Assembly: GCA_965203325.1 (NCBI GenBank) | Contig: OZ241875.1 | Location: 1,088,001-1,152,000 of the forward strand | Length of the DNA stretch: 64,000 bases | Direction of reading: 5' to 3' | Source of the DNA: a bacterium | GTDB lineage: Bacteria > UBA8248 | In this document: positions 1 through 9,530 of the stretch, piece after piece | Numbering within the stretch: the stretch's first letter is position 1 | Layout: every line of letters begins with the position of its first letter | The notes under the pieces: generated by a model | The model's database searches: none | The model's input: only the letters and a program-made list of their open reading frames with translations | What the model was told of the DNA's origin: nothing | Position numbers and translations under genes: made by a program

Positions 1-34
1 GCGGACGGTAGTTCCGCGAGAACGCACGAGGAGC

Positions 35-3000
35 GTGATGATTAACCAGCCGCAAACCAATTTCCGCCGACTCCTGGTCGCCAACCGGAGCGAGATCGCC
101 ATCCGCGTGTTTCGCGCCTCGGTCGAACTCGGCATCGAGACGATCGCTATCTATTCACAAGAAGACCGCTTCGCCCTGCACCGCTTCAAGGCGGATGAGG
201 CCTACCTGGTGGGCCGGGGGATGGGCCCGATCGAGGCCTATCTCAGCATCGAGGAGGTGATACGCGTCGCACGCGAGAACGCCACCGACGCAATCCACCC
301 CGGCTACGGCTTCATGGCCGAAAACCCCGATTTCGCCGAGGCCTGCGCGGACGCGGGCATCGCCTTCGTCGGGCCGAATCCCGATATCCTGCGCGCGCTC
401 GGCAACAAGGTGGCGGCGCGCGAGCTTGCGGTGTCGGCGGGCGTTCCGGTGGTTCCAGCGACCGGCCCGCTCCCCCGCGACCCAGAGGAGGCCGCGCGCC
501 TCGCCCGCGAAGTCGGTTTCCCCGTCATGCTCAAGGCGAGCTGGGGCGGCGGCGGACGCGGCATGCGCACGATCGAGAACGAGGCCGAGTTCGCCGACGA
601 GGTCGAGGCCGCGCGGCGCGAGTGCCTGGCGGCGTTCGGCAACGACGAGGTCTATCTCGAAAAACTGATTCGCCGCGCGCGCCACGTCGAGGTCCAGATC
701 CTCGGCGACAACCACGGCAATCTGGTGCACCTCCACGAGCGGGACTGCTCGGTGCAGCGGCGCAACCAGAAGATCGTCGAGCAAGCGCCGGCGCACTATC
801 TCGATGAGGCGACCCGCGCGGCGATCCACGAGAGCGCGCTCAAGATAGGCCGCGCGGTGGGCTACAACAACGCCGGCACCGTCGAGTTCCTGGTCGACGA
901 CGACACGGGCGCGTTCCACTTCATCGAGGTCAATCCGCGCATCCAGGTCGAGCACACGGTCACCGAGGTGGTGACCGGCGTCGACCTCGTACAGGCGCAG
1001 ATCCGCATCGCGGGCGGGGCCGCTATCGGTAAGCCCGAGAGCGGAATTCCGGGCCAGGACGAGATTCGGGTGAACGGACACGCCATGCAATGCCGGGTGA
1101 CCACCGAGGACCCGGAGAACAATTTCATTCCGGATTACGGCGTGCTCACCAACTATCGCGGCGCCACCGGGTTCGGCATACGCCTGGACGGCGGCACCGC
1201 CTATTCGGGCGCGCGGATCACGCCGTATTACGACTCGCTGCTGGAAAAGGTGACGGCCTGGGCGCCGACGTTCGAAGAGGCGATCCGGCGGATGAGGCGG
1301 GCGACCGTCGAATTCCGCATCCGCGGCGTCGCCACCAACCTCGCCTTTCTCGATAACGTCATCAGCCATCCGCGGTTCCTCGAGGGCGCCTGCACGACGC
1401 GCTTCGTCGACGAGACGCCGGAGCTGTTCCACTTCGAATACAGGCGGGACCGCGCGACCCGGCTGCTGCGCTATCTGGGAGAAGTGGTCGTCAACGGCAA
1501 CGCCGCCGTCGAAGGCCGGGCCAAACCGCCGACGCACCAGACGCCGAGCGCGCCCGAGGCTCCCGGCGTCGAGGTCCCGGACGGCACGCGCCAACTGCTC
1601 GATGAACTCGGGCCCGAGGCTTTCTCCCGGTGGATGCTGGACCAGGAGCGGGTGCTGATGACCGACACCACGTTCCGGGACGCGCACCAGTCGCTTCTGG
1701 CGACGCGGGTCCGGAGCTACGACCTGGTCGCGGTCGCGCCGGTCTATGCGCGGCTTTTGCCCCAGCTTTTCTCGGTCGAATGCTGGGGCGGGGCTACCTT
1801 CGACGTGGCGATGCGCTTTCTCAACGAATGCCCCTGGGCAACGCTCGAACGGCTGCGCGCCGCGATGCCCAACCTCCTGACCCAGATGCTGCTGCGCGCG
1901 TCGAACGGCGTCGGCTACACCACCTACCCCGACAACGTGGTGCGCTATTTCGTGCAGCAATCGGCCGAGAACGGGATAGACATTTTCCGCATCTTCGATT
2001 CGCTCAACTGGGTCGAGAACATGCGCCCGGCGATGGACGCGGTGCTGGAAACCGGAAAGCTCTGCGAAGCGGCGATCTGCTACACCGGCGACATCACCGA
2101 CCCGGGCCTCACCAAGTACGACCTCAAATACTATGTCGCGCTCGCCCGGGAACTCGAAGCCGCGGGCGCCCACATCCTGGGCCTCAAGGACATGGCGGGT
2201 CTTTGCAAGCCTGCGGCGGCCCGGCTCCTCGTCGAGACCCTGAAAAAAGAGATCGGCATCCCCATCCACTTCCACACCCACGACACCAGCGGTATCTCCG
2301 CGGCAAGCGTGCTCGCCGCGGCCGAGGCCGGGGTCGACGCCGTGGATGCGGCGATGGATTCGATGAGCGGACTCACCTCGCAGCCGAGTTTCGGCTCGAT
2401 CACCGCGGCTTTGCGCCACTCCGAGCGCGACCCCGGGATCGACCCCGATACGGTGATGACCCTCTCCACCTACTGGGAGCAGGTGCGCAACCAGTACCGC
2501 GCCTTCGAGAGCGAATTCCGCGCCGGCACGTCGGACGTCTACAACCACGGAATCCCGGGCGGCCAGTACACCAACCTGCGCGAGCAGGCGCGCGCGCTGG
2601 GCATCGACAACCAGCGCTGGCCGGAGGTCTCGCGGGCCTTCGCCGAGGTCAACCGCATGTTCGGCGACATCGTGAAGGTGACGCCCTCCTCCAAGGTGGT
2701 CGGCGACATGGCGCTGATGATGGTGACGGGCGGGCTGACGCCCGAAGACGTGGCCGACCCCGAGCGCGAGATCGCCTTTCCCGAATCGGTGGTATCGCTG
2801 TTTGCGGGCGAACTGGGGCAGCCGCACGGCGGCTGGCCGCGCGCCATGCAGGAGAAGATCCTCAAAGAAAGGGAGCCGATCACCGTGCGGCCCGGATCGG
2901 TGCTGCCCGACGCCGACCTCGAAGCCTGCCGCGAGGAAGCCGAAAAAGACGCCCAGCGCCCGATCAGCGACGCCGAGTTCGCCTCCTGGCTGATGTACCC

Positions 3001-3502
3001 GCAGGTTTTCACCGACTACGCGGCGGCGCGCCGCGATTACAGCGACGTGAGCGTGCTGCCGACGCCGGTTTATTTCTACGGCATGGAGCCGGACGAGGAG
3101 ATCGCCGTCGACATTGAGCGCGGGCGCACCCTGTTCATCCACTATGTCGCGCGCAGCGAGACCGACCAGAAGGGAGAATGCACGGTCTTCTTCGAGTTGA
3201 ACGGGCAGCCCCGGACGGTGCGCGTCGCCGACCGCAGCGCCGCCGCCGCAGTCACGGAACTGCCCAAGGCCGAGGAAGGCGACCCCGGCCACGCCGGCGC
3301 GCCGATGCCGGGGATGGTGACCAAGGTGTTCTTCCATGAGGGCGAGGCGGTCGATGAGGGCGACGTACTGGTGGCGATCGAGGCGATGAAGATGGAAACC
3401 GTCATCCGCGCCGAACGCGGCGGCGTCATCGAGAAGGTCGTTGCGCCGGTCGGCACCACGGTCGACACCAAGGACCTGCTCGTCGTCGTCGGCGACGCCT
3501 GA
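35..3502 (+). CDS. pyc: Pyruvate carboxylase
   Basis: Biotin carboxylase N-terminus (LLVANRSEIAIR, HPGYGF, GGGGRGMR), carboxyltransferase domain (RDAHQS, LKDMAG, HFHTHDT) and C-terminal biotinyl EAMKM; 1155 aa. Confidence 0.97.
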   Translation: MMINQPQTNFRRLLVANRSEIAIRVFRASVELGIETIAIYSQEDRFALHRFKADEAYLVGRGMGPIEAYLSIEEVIRVARENATDAIHPGYGFMAENPDFAEACADAGIAFVGPNPDILRALGNKVAARELAVSAGVPVVPATGPLPRDPEEAARLAREVGFPVMLKASWGGGGRGMRTIENEAEFADEVEAARRECLAAFGNDEVYLEKLIRRARHVEVQILGDNHGNLVHLHERDCSVQRRNQKIVEQAPAHYLDEATRAAIHESALKIGRAVGYNNAGTVEFLVDDDTGAFHFIEVNPRIQVEHTVTEVVTGVDLVQAQIRIAGGAAIGKPESGIPGQDEIRVNGHAMQCRVTTEDPENNFIPDYGVLTNYRGATGFGIRLDGGTAYSGARITPYYDSLLEKVTAWAPTFEEAIRRMRRATVEFRIRGVATNLAFLDNVISHPRFLEGACTTRFVDETPELFHFEYRRDRATRLLRYLGEVVVNGNAAVEGRAKPPTHQTPSAPEAPGVEVPDGTRQLLDELGPEAFSRWMLDQERVLMTDTTFRDAHQSLLATRVRSYDLVAVAPVYARLLPQLFSVECWGGATFDVAMRFLNECPWATLERLRAAMPNLLTQMLLRASNGVGYTTYPDNVVRYFVQQSAENGIDIFRIFDSLNWVENMRPAMDAVLETGKLCEAAICYTGDITDPGLTKYDLKYYVALARELEAAGAHILGLKDMAGLCKPAAARLLVETLKKEIGIPIHFHTHDTSGISAASVLAAAEAGVDAVDAAMDSMSGLTSQPSFGSITAALRHSERDPGIDPDTVMTLSTYWEQVRNQYRAFESEFRAGTSDVYNHGIPGGQYTNLREQARALGIDNQRWPEVSRAFAEVNRMFGDIVKVTPSSKVVGDMALMMVTGGLTPEDVADPEREIAFPESVVSLFAGELGQPHGGWPRAMQEKILKEREPITVRPGSVLPDADLEACREEAEKDAQRPISDAEFASWLMYPQVFTDYAAARRDYSDVSVLPTPVYFYGMEPDEEIAVDIERGRTLFIHYVARSETDQKGECTVFFELNGQPRTVRVADRSAAAAVTELPKAEEGDPGHAGAPMPGMVTKVFFHEGEAVDEGDVLVAIEAMKMETVIRAERGGVIEKVVAPVGTTVDTKDLLVVVGDA

Positions 3503-3550
3503 CGCGCCGGCGCATCCCGAAAAACGACCGCCCCAACCGCATCATGCGAG

Positions 3551-3973
3551 GCGCGCATTCGTCCCGCATTTCCCGCCCGCGCGGGTTGAGCGGCCTCCGG
3601 CATGCTGGGGAAGCCGACCGGCTCGTTCGGCGCGCAGATGCGGGCAGTTGCAGGCAAATGCGGTGGCGCCTGAAAAATTTTTTTTGCCGCCGGATCTGAG
3701 TGCGCGACGCTAAGATTTATATGATAACCCTTTTGATTACAGTCATTTACATAGTCAGAAATTTACAGGAAAACCCCGTCAATTTATCGATATTTATCGT
3801 ATTTTTCAGGAATTCCCATCGCGCGGAAAACGCCGGGTCCGTTCGCTTTGCTTTTTCCGAATCCATCCTGCCCAGGTCCATCGGAACTCCTCCCGTTCGC
3901 GCGCCCGATTCTGCCCCGCGCGGGCCCAAGCCCGGTAACGCCAAGTGCGGGAAAATGCGGGGGATTTGCGGGG
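3551..3973. repeat. Intergenic arrays of about 10-bp CCCGCATTT-like units plus an AT-rich 40-bp motif
   Basis: Unit triplets at 3551-3576, 3635-3664 (inverted) and 3942-3972 (inverted); related arrays at 18769-18791 and 25635-25693; AT-rich motif 3760-3799 recurs at 29298-29337. Confidence 0.6.
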
Positions 3974-4005
3974 ATGATAATCCCCCGGGCGGGCGCCCGG
4001 AGGCG

Positions 4006-4962
4006 CTACCTGCCGAAGATCGCCTCGATGAAGGCGTCCGCGTCGAAATCAATGAGGTCTTCCGCCGCCTCACCCACGCCGACGTACCTTATCGGTATGC
4101 CGCTCTCGTAAGTGGCGCCCAGCGCCACGCCGCCCTTGGCCGTGCCGTCGAGCTTGGTGAGCACCAGGCCCGTCACGCCGAGCGCCGGGCCGAACTCCCG
4201 CACCTGGGAGAGGACGTTCTGCCCGGATGTCGCGTCCAATACGAGCAGCACCTCATGGGGCGCCGTATCAACGAGGCGCCCCGTGACGCGCCTGAGCTTT
4301 TTGAGTTCCTCCATGAGATTGTGTTTCGTGTGCAAGCGCCCCGCCGTATCCACGAGCAACACATCGGCGCCGCGCGCCTTCGCCGCCTGAACGGCGTCGT
4401 ACACCACGGCGGAGGAATCCGCTCCCTCTTTGTGGCGGATGATTTCGCATCCGCTCCGCTCTGCCCATGCCGTCAACTGCTCACCGGCTGCGGCCCGGAA
4501 CGTATCCCCCGCCGCGAGCATAACTTTAAGTTTTTCGGCGGAATACCGCGATGCGAGCTTGCCGGCCGTCGTCGTCTTGCCCACGCCGTTGACGCCCACC
4601 AGAAAAATGATTCTGGGCTCGTCCGCCGCAGGCTCCTTCGGCGCAAACGCAGGCGGGGATTCAGGGTTTTCAAGACAAGAGCGCATGATTTCCTGAACGC
4701 GCGTCTGCGGGTCCGACCCCGCGCCCTGCCCCGCTTTCAATTTCCCCAGCAGCGACTCGACGAGAGAGGGACCCATATCCGCCATATAGAGAACTTCTTC
4801 CAACTCCTCGAGCGTATCCTCATCGATGCGTCCCGCGACCAAACCCTTCACTTGCGCGAGAAAACCACCTCTCGTCTTCGAGAGGCCTTGGCGCAATCTG
4901 CCGAACCAGCCTTTTGCGCCGCTGTCTCTCTCTGAATTTTTCTGCTGCCCGGAACCAGACAT
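4006..4962 (-). CDS. ftsY: Signal recognition particle receptor FtsY
   Basis: GVNGVGKTT, DTFRAAA, DTAGR and TKLDGTAKGG motifs; start placed at ATG 4962 behind GAGG. Confidence 0.96.
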   Translation of the reverse strand: MSGSGQQKNSERDSGAKGWFGRLRQGLSKTRGGFLAQVKGLVAGRIDEDTLEELEEVLYMADMGPSLVESLLGKLKAGQGAGSDPQTRVQEIMRSCLENPESPPAFAPKEPAADEPRIIFLVGVNGVGKTTTAGKLASRYSAEKLKVMLAAGDTFRAAAGEQLTAWAERSGCEIIRHKEGADSSAVVYDAVQAAKARGADVLLVDTAGRLHTKHNLMEELKKLRRVTGRLVDTAPHEVLLVLDATSGQNVLSQVREFGPALGVTGLVLTKLDGTAKGGVALGATYESGIPIRYVGVGEAAEDLIDFDADAFIEAIFGR

Positions 4963-5060
4963 CAAAGGGCTTTCCTCGGCCTGCGCCAAACAAACCAACC
5001 CCGGCGACAATGCGCCGGGGTCATCTTCAACGAAACCTTTCGTGAATATACGGGACGATG

Positions 5061-8000
5061 CTACGACACACTCGTTTCCAGCACCGCTTCTCCTACGCCG
5101 TTTACCCTCTCATCCTCGCGGCTCAACTTTACCGAGACGATTTCTGAAACGCCTTTTTCTCTTTGCGTAACGCCGTAGAGGTGATTCGCGTACGACATGG
5201 TCTTTTTGTTATGGGTGATGATGATGAACTGGCTTCTGTCCTCGAGTTCGGCCAGTACTTCGCGAAAACGTCCGACGTTGGCGTCATCGAGGGTGGCGTC
5301 CACCTCGTCGAGGATACAAAACGGACTCGGCCGGACGCTGAAGACCGCGAACAAAAGAGAAATGGCGGTGAGCGCTTTCTCCCCGGCGGAGAGGAGCATA
5401 ATGTTCGAAGGACGCTTGCCCGGCGGTCTCACCTCGATGTCGACGCCCGTCTCCAGCGGGTCATCCGGATCAAGCAGGAACATGCGCGCCTCCCCTCCCT
5501 GGAAAAGACGTCCGAAAATGTCCGAAAAGGCGCTACCCACCTCCTCGAACGCCGCCAGGAAGCGGGACTTCGTCGTCTTGTTCAACTTCTCGATCGTAGC
5601 GTGGAGGTCGGCGATGGAGTTTTCGAGATCCTGCTGTTGTTCCTGCAAAAACACATATTCCTGGTTGATTTCATCGTATTCCTGCGCGGCCAGAGGGTTC
5701 ACCTCACCCATCTTGCAAAGCCTATGGTTCAGCATCTCCAGGCGATTCACAATCTCCTGGTACCGGGGAAGTTCTTCCCGCCAGTTCTCCGCCGTCTCCT
5801 CGAGATTCACCTGATATTCCGCTTCGGCGGACTCCTCCATAGATTCCCGTTGCACGCGAAGCGTCGTCCGCCGCTCCGCCGCCGCTCGAACTTCATCGCT
5901 CAGAAGAGAGGCTTTGGTTTTCATATCGCGAATCGAATCCGCCAGTTCCTCATCGCGCGATTGCATCTCCTGTAAAACGCGATCACGCTCCGCCAACTCG
6001 GCTGTCACATCCGCTTTTTCATCCTGAAGAGCGAGTATTCCCTCTTCGCTCTGCGCAACGCTCTCCGTAAGACGCTCTCTTTTTTCTCTCGATTCGCGCT
6101 GCTCTTCTTCCCTGCGAATCTTGCGAGCCGCATTCTGGGATATCCCGTCTTCTATCCGCTGGACTTCGGCCTGGCCGCCGGCCACCTGCCCGTTGATTTC
6201 CGTCAAGGCGACTTTCTTGTCCGTCACACGCGCTTCCACCTCCGAGTACCGCAGGCCGGCGCCGCTCACCTTTTTCTCGATTTCGTGGATACGCAAGCTG
6301 AATTCCTGAATCGTTTCTTCCAAACCAAGGCTTTCGTCCTTGACCGTTTGGAGAGCCTCCATGAGACGCGTCTGCTCATCGCGTATTTGCTTTTGCGCAG
6401 CTTCGAGCGTGGCCAGCCGTGTATTCAACTCTTCGTGCCTGCCTTCCGCTGCCCGGAGGGCTCCCTCCGCCTCCACGCGCATCACTTCAGCCCGCTGATA
6501 CGCCTCGGCCGCATGGCGGCTTCTTTGCTCCGCTTTCGTGAGTTGCCCGCCCAATTTCCGGGAAATCGGCTCCAATTCACGAAGTTGCGCCTCAAAATGC
6601 TCAACCTTCAGGCGCATTTCCTCACACCTTCTCGAACGCTCCAAAAGACCCTCGTTCCGGGTCAAACCGCCTTCCACCACACCATTCGCATGGATAATCT
6701 CTCCATTCAAAGTCACGCAAACGATGCCTTGGGGTCCGTTGCACCATGCCGCCTGCGCGGCATCGATGTCTTCCACCACGACAACATTGCCGAGCAGCGA
6801 CTGAGCGAGATGGCGATAACGCATGTCACAACGAACAAAATCCGTCGCCGCGCCCAGAACGCCCTCTCCCAACGGGACGACGGCGCCCGGCTGGGCATCG
6901 ACTCCAATCGGCAGGGCTACACCTCGCCCGGCTTCCGAACCCATCAGCGCGCGAACCGCGTCCACCGCGTCGCCGGGGGTATTCACGACCACGCCCAACA
7001 ACTTGTCCCCAAGGGCCGTTTCGATGGCTTTTTCGAATTTCGGATCTACACGAATGACTTCGGAGAAAGACGCCAGAACTTGAGCGCCGCAAGATCTGAA
7101 CGCTTCCGCATCCGAGATTCCGCTCTCCCCGGAACCCAAAACACCCTCCAAGGCGGAGAGGGCGGAGCGCGCCTCCATCAACGATTCTTTCGCCCCAGCC
7201 ACGGATTCCTCATGGCGGGCCGCCAACTCGGAAGTCCGCGCACACTCAGACATTGCCTGCTCAAGTTCCAGTTTTGCCTGGCCTTCAGATGCAACCAGCG
7301 ATTCCAGCCGGCTTCTCGCACCACCTGCGTCGGTTCGGGTCGATTCGAGTTGGCGCTTGACCTCCTTGATCTCGTCGCCGGTTTTTTCCATGGATTCAGC
7401 CAGTCCTTCGCGCCTCGATTCCACCGAGGCGATTTGCTGACGCGCCGCGCTCAAGCGCTCCCTTTCCTCCTCTTGGGCGCGCCTGGCCTCATCAAGCGCC
7501 CGTTCGAATTCTTTCAGGTTCTCCCGAACGGCGGCCAACTCCGCCGCGCTGACGTCATACTCCTGGCGCGCAACGCGCGATTGCTCCGTAAGCATATCGA
7601 GGGTTGCGGCAAGCTCGACTCTTTCATTTTCAAAGGCCGCGATTTCAACGTCGAGCGTCCGGATTTCCTCCGCGCGGCGCTCATCGTCCACGTCGAGTTC
7701 CGCGAGATGGTTCTTCAGCATCTCGATTCGAGTCTCCAGACGCTCCAGGCTCCCCTCCAACTTCGTCGCACGTTGGCGGGATTCCACCAAAGCCTCTGAA
7801 CGCTCCCGCAGTAAAATACGCCCGCTCTCCCTTTCGGCTTCGAGAGAAGACAATTTCGCCGACACCGTTTGCTCTTCTTCTTTGACGCGAGCGTACGCTT
7901 TTTCCGCCGGAACAAGTTTTTCCACATGTTTCAGGTAGTCGAGCGCCATGATTCTTTGGGAAAGATCGGCAACCTCGGTTTGATATTCCTTATGAAAAGT

Positions 8001-8648
8001 CGCCTTTCTCGCCTGGCGGCGCAAGGAGCGGAGACGGGATTCCTTCTCACGCATGATGTCGGCCACACGGAGCAGATTCGCCTGCGCAAGTTCCAGTTTG
8101 CGCAAGGCTTCGTTTCGCCTGCTCTTGTATTTCATGATACCGGCGGCTTCTTCAATCAGAACGCGCCTGTCCAAGGGCCTCGCGTTCACGAGGGTTTCTA
8201 TCTTGCCCTGCTCGACGATGGAGAAAGTATCGAGGGAAACACCGGTATCGAGAAACAAATCGACGATGTCTTTGAGGCGGCAAGGGTTGCGGTTGATGAG
8301 ATATTCACTTTCTCCCGAGCGATACAAGCGGCGGGTGACCACCACCTCGTCAAAATCCCTGAACGCGGGAGAGGTCACCACGCCCTTGAGATCGGTGACG
8401 GTAAGCGAGACCTCGGACATCCCGTGCTGTTTGCGTTCGGCGCTGCCGTTGAAGATGACATCCTCCATCTTCTTCGAGCGCATGTTCTTGGGAGCCTGCT
8501 CACCCAGAACCCACCTGACGGCGTCACACACATTGCTTTTGCCGCACCCGTTGGGCCCGACCACAGCCGTAAGGCCCTCGCCAATTTCGATTACGGTCTT
8601 TTCAACGAAAGACTTGAACCCCTGCATCTCCAAGCGTTGGAATCGCAA
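5061..8648 (-). CDS. smc: Chromosome segregation protein SMC
   Basis: Walker A GPNGCGKS, long coiled coils with hinge, LSAGEK signature, ILDEVD Walker B; smc-ftsY synteny. Confidence 0.96.
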   Translation of the reverse strand: MRFQRLEMQGFKSFVEKTVIEIGEGLTAVVGPNGCGKSNVCDAVRWVLGEQAPKNMRSKKMEDVIFNGSAERKQHGMSEVSLTVTDLKGVVTSPAFRDFDEVVVTRRLYRSGESEYLINRNPCRLKDIVDLFLDTGVSLDTFSIVEQGKIETLVNARPLDRRVLIEEAAGIMKYKSRRNEALRKLELAQANLLRVADIMREKESRLRSLRRQARKATFHKEYQTEVADLSQRIMALDYLKHVEKLVPAEKAYARVKEEEQTVSAKLSSLEAERESGRILLRERSEALVESRQRATKLEGSLERLETRIEMLKNHLAELDVDDERRAEEIRTLDVEIAAFENERVELAATLDMLTEQSRVARQEYDVSAAELAAVRENLKEFERALDEARRAQEEERERLSAARQQIASVESRREGLAESMEKTGDEIKEVKRQLESTRTDAGGARSRLESLVASEGQAKLELEQAMSECARTSELAARHEESVAGAKESLMEARSALSALEGVLGSGESGISDAEAFRSCGAQVLASFSEVIRVDPKFEKAIETALGDKLLGVVVNTPGDAVDAVRALMGSEAGRGVALPIGVDAQPGAVVPLGEGVLGAATDFVRCDMRYRHLAQSLLGNVVVVEDIDAAQAAWCNGPQGIVCVTLNGEIIHANGVVEGGLTRNEGLLERSRRCEEMRLKVEHFEAQLRELEPISRKLGGQLTKAEQRSRHAAEAYQRAEVMRVEAEGALRAAEGRHEELNTRLATLEAAQKQIRDEQTRLMEALQTVKDESLGLEETIQEFSLRIHEIEKKVSGAGLRYSEVEARVTDKKVALTEINGQVAGGQAEVQRIEDGISQNAARKIRREEEQRESREKRERLTESVAQSEEGILALQDEKADVTAELAERDRVLQEMQSRDEELADSIRDMKTKASLLSDEVRAAAERRTTLRVQRESMEESAEAEYQVNLEETAENWREELPRYQEIVNRLEMLNHRLCKMGEVNPLAAQEYDEINQEYVFLQEQQQDLENSIADLHATIEKLNKTTKSRFLAAFEEVGSAFSDIFGRLFQGGEARMFLLDPDDPLETGVDIEVRPPGKRPSNIMLLSAGEKALTAISLLFAVFSVRPSPFCILDEVDATLDDANVGRFREVLAELEDRSQFIIITHNKKTMSYANHLYGVTQREKGVSEIVSVKLSREDERVNGVGEAVLETSVS

Positions 8649-8779
8649 TTCAACACCTCGGCGGGCGGATGAACTTTCATTATCAGGGGGCGGTGTAGGA
8701 CACTACCAGGGCGGTAGGAATCAATAACTTACCAGAATTCCCCTGCATTCGTAAAGCAAAAATATCGCATTCCGGAAAC

Positions 8780-9466
8780 TCACGGTTGCCAGGCTTCCTC
8801 AATCTTATGAACTGCTTCTTTCGCAGCTACTTGCTCGGCCGCCTTTTTGGTCGTGCCCTGCCCCCGTCCCAGCACCTTCCGACCAAGGCGGACTTCCACT
8901 TCGAATTCTTTTTCGTGCTCGGGACCACTCTCTCGAACCAGACGATAACCGGGGGGCTTATTTCCATTTCTTTGAGCCAACCGTTGGAGTTGGCTCTTGA
9001 AATCCTGGGACAGGACATCTTTTTCATTCAAGCCCGCAGCCCAGAACCATGATTCCGCCCACTGAACGCAACGGGTGTAACCGGCATCGAGATATATGGC
9101 GCCGACCAGTGCCTCGACTGCTCCCGCCTGGATGGAGGGCTTTTGCCGGCCACCCGTTTTCTCCTCCCCTTTACCCAAACGAAGGAAATCGCCCAACCCC
9201 CGGCGCCTGAAAATTCCCGCCAAAGAGCGGCCATTCACCCGTTCTGAACGCATATGGGTCAAAACACCCTCATCATCCGTCGGAAAATCCTTCCAGAGCT
9301 TTTCCGTCACGATAAGTTGCAAGACGGCATCGCCCAAAAATTCCAGCCGCTCATTATCTAAAGTGGGAGTTGAACTTTCTTGAGAAAAAGAGCGGTGCGT
9401 CAGGGCCCGGACGAGGAGTTCCCTGTTCGAAAACGAATAACCGATCTCGGCTTCGATTTCGGCCAG
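8780..9466 (-). CDS. rnc: Ribonuclease III (probable CTG start at 9466)
   Basis: ALTHRS, NERLEFLGDAVL, EALVGAIYLD and C-terminal dsRBD (KSQLQ, GPEHEKEF, KKAAEQ); start inferred. Confidence 0.93.
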   Translation of the reverse strand: MAEIEAEIGYSFSNRELLVRALTHRSFSQESSTPTLDNERLEFLGDAVLQLIVTEKLWKDFPTDDEGVLTHMRSERVNGRSLAGIFRRRGLGDFLRLGKGEEKTGGRQKPSIQAGAVEALVGAIYLDAGYTRCVQWAESWFWAAGLNEKDVLSQDFKSQLQRLAQRNGNKPPGYRLVRESGPEHEKEFEVEVRLGRKVLGRGQGTTKKAAEQVAAKEAVHKIEEAWQP

Positions 9467-9530
9467 GGTAACACCTCTTGCACCGAAACCGGGGACTTTC
9501 CCGTTTCCGTGGATGGGGGAGCCTCTCTTG

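Noticed and set aside
155..3337. 1060-aa antisense ORF and many other long overlapping ORFs (e.g. 19877-21574, 39763-41136)
   Set aside because: Shadow frames of real high-GC genes; no recognisable motifs.
5200..5420. SMC signature LSAGE and D-loop DATLD differ slightly from the LSGGE/DAxLD consensus
   Set aside because: Small substitutions with all catalytic motifs present; no basis to claim altered function.
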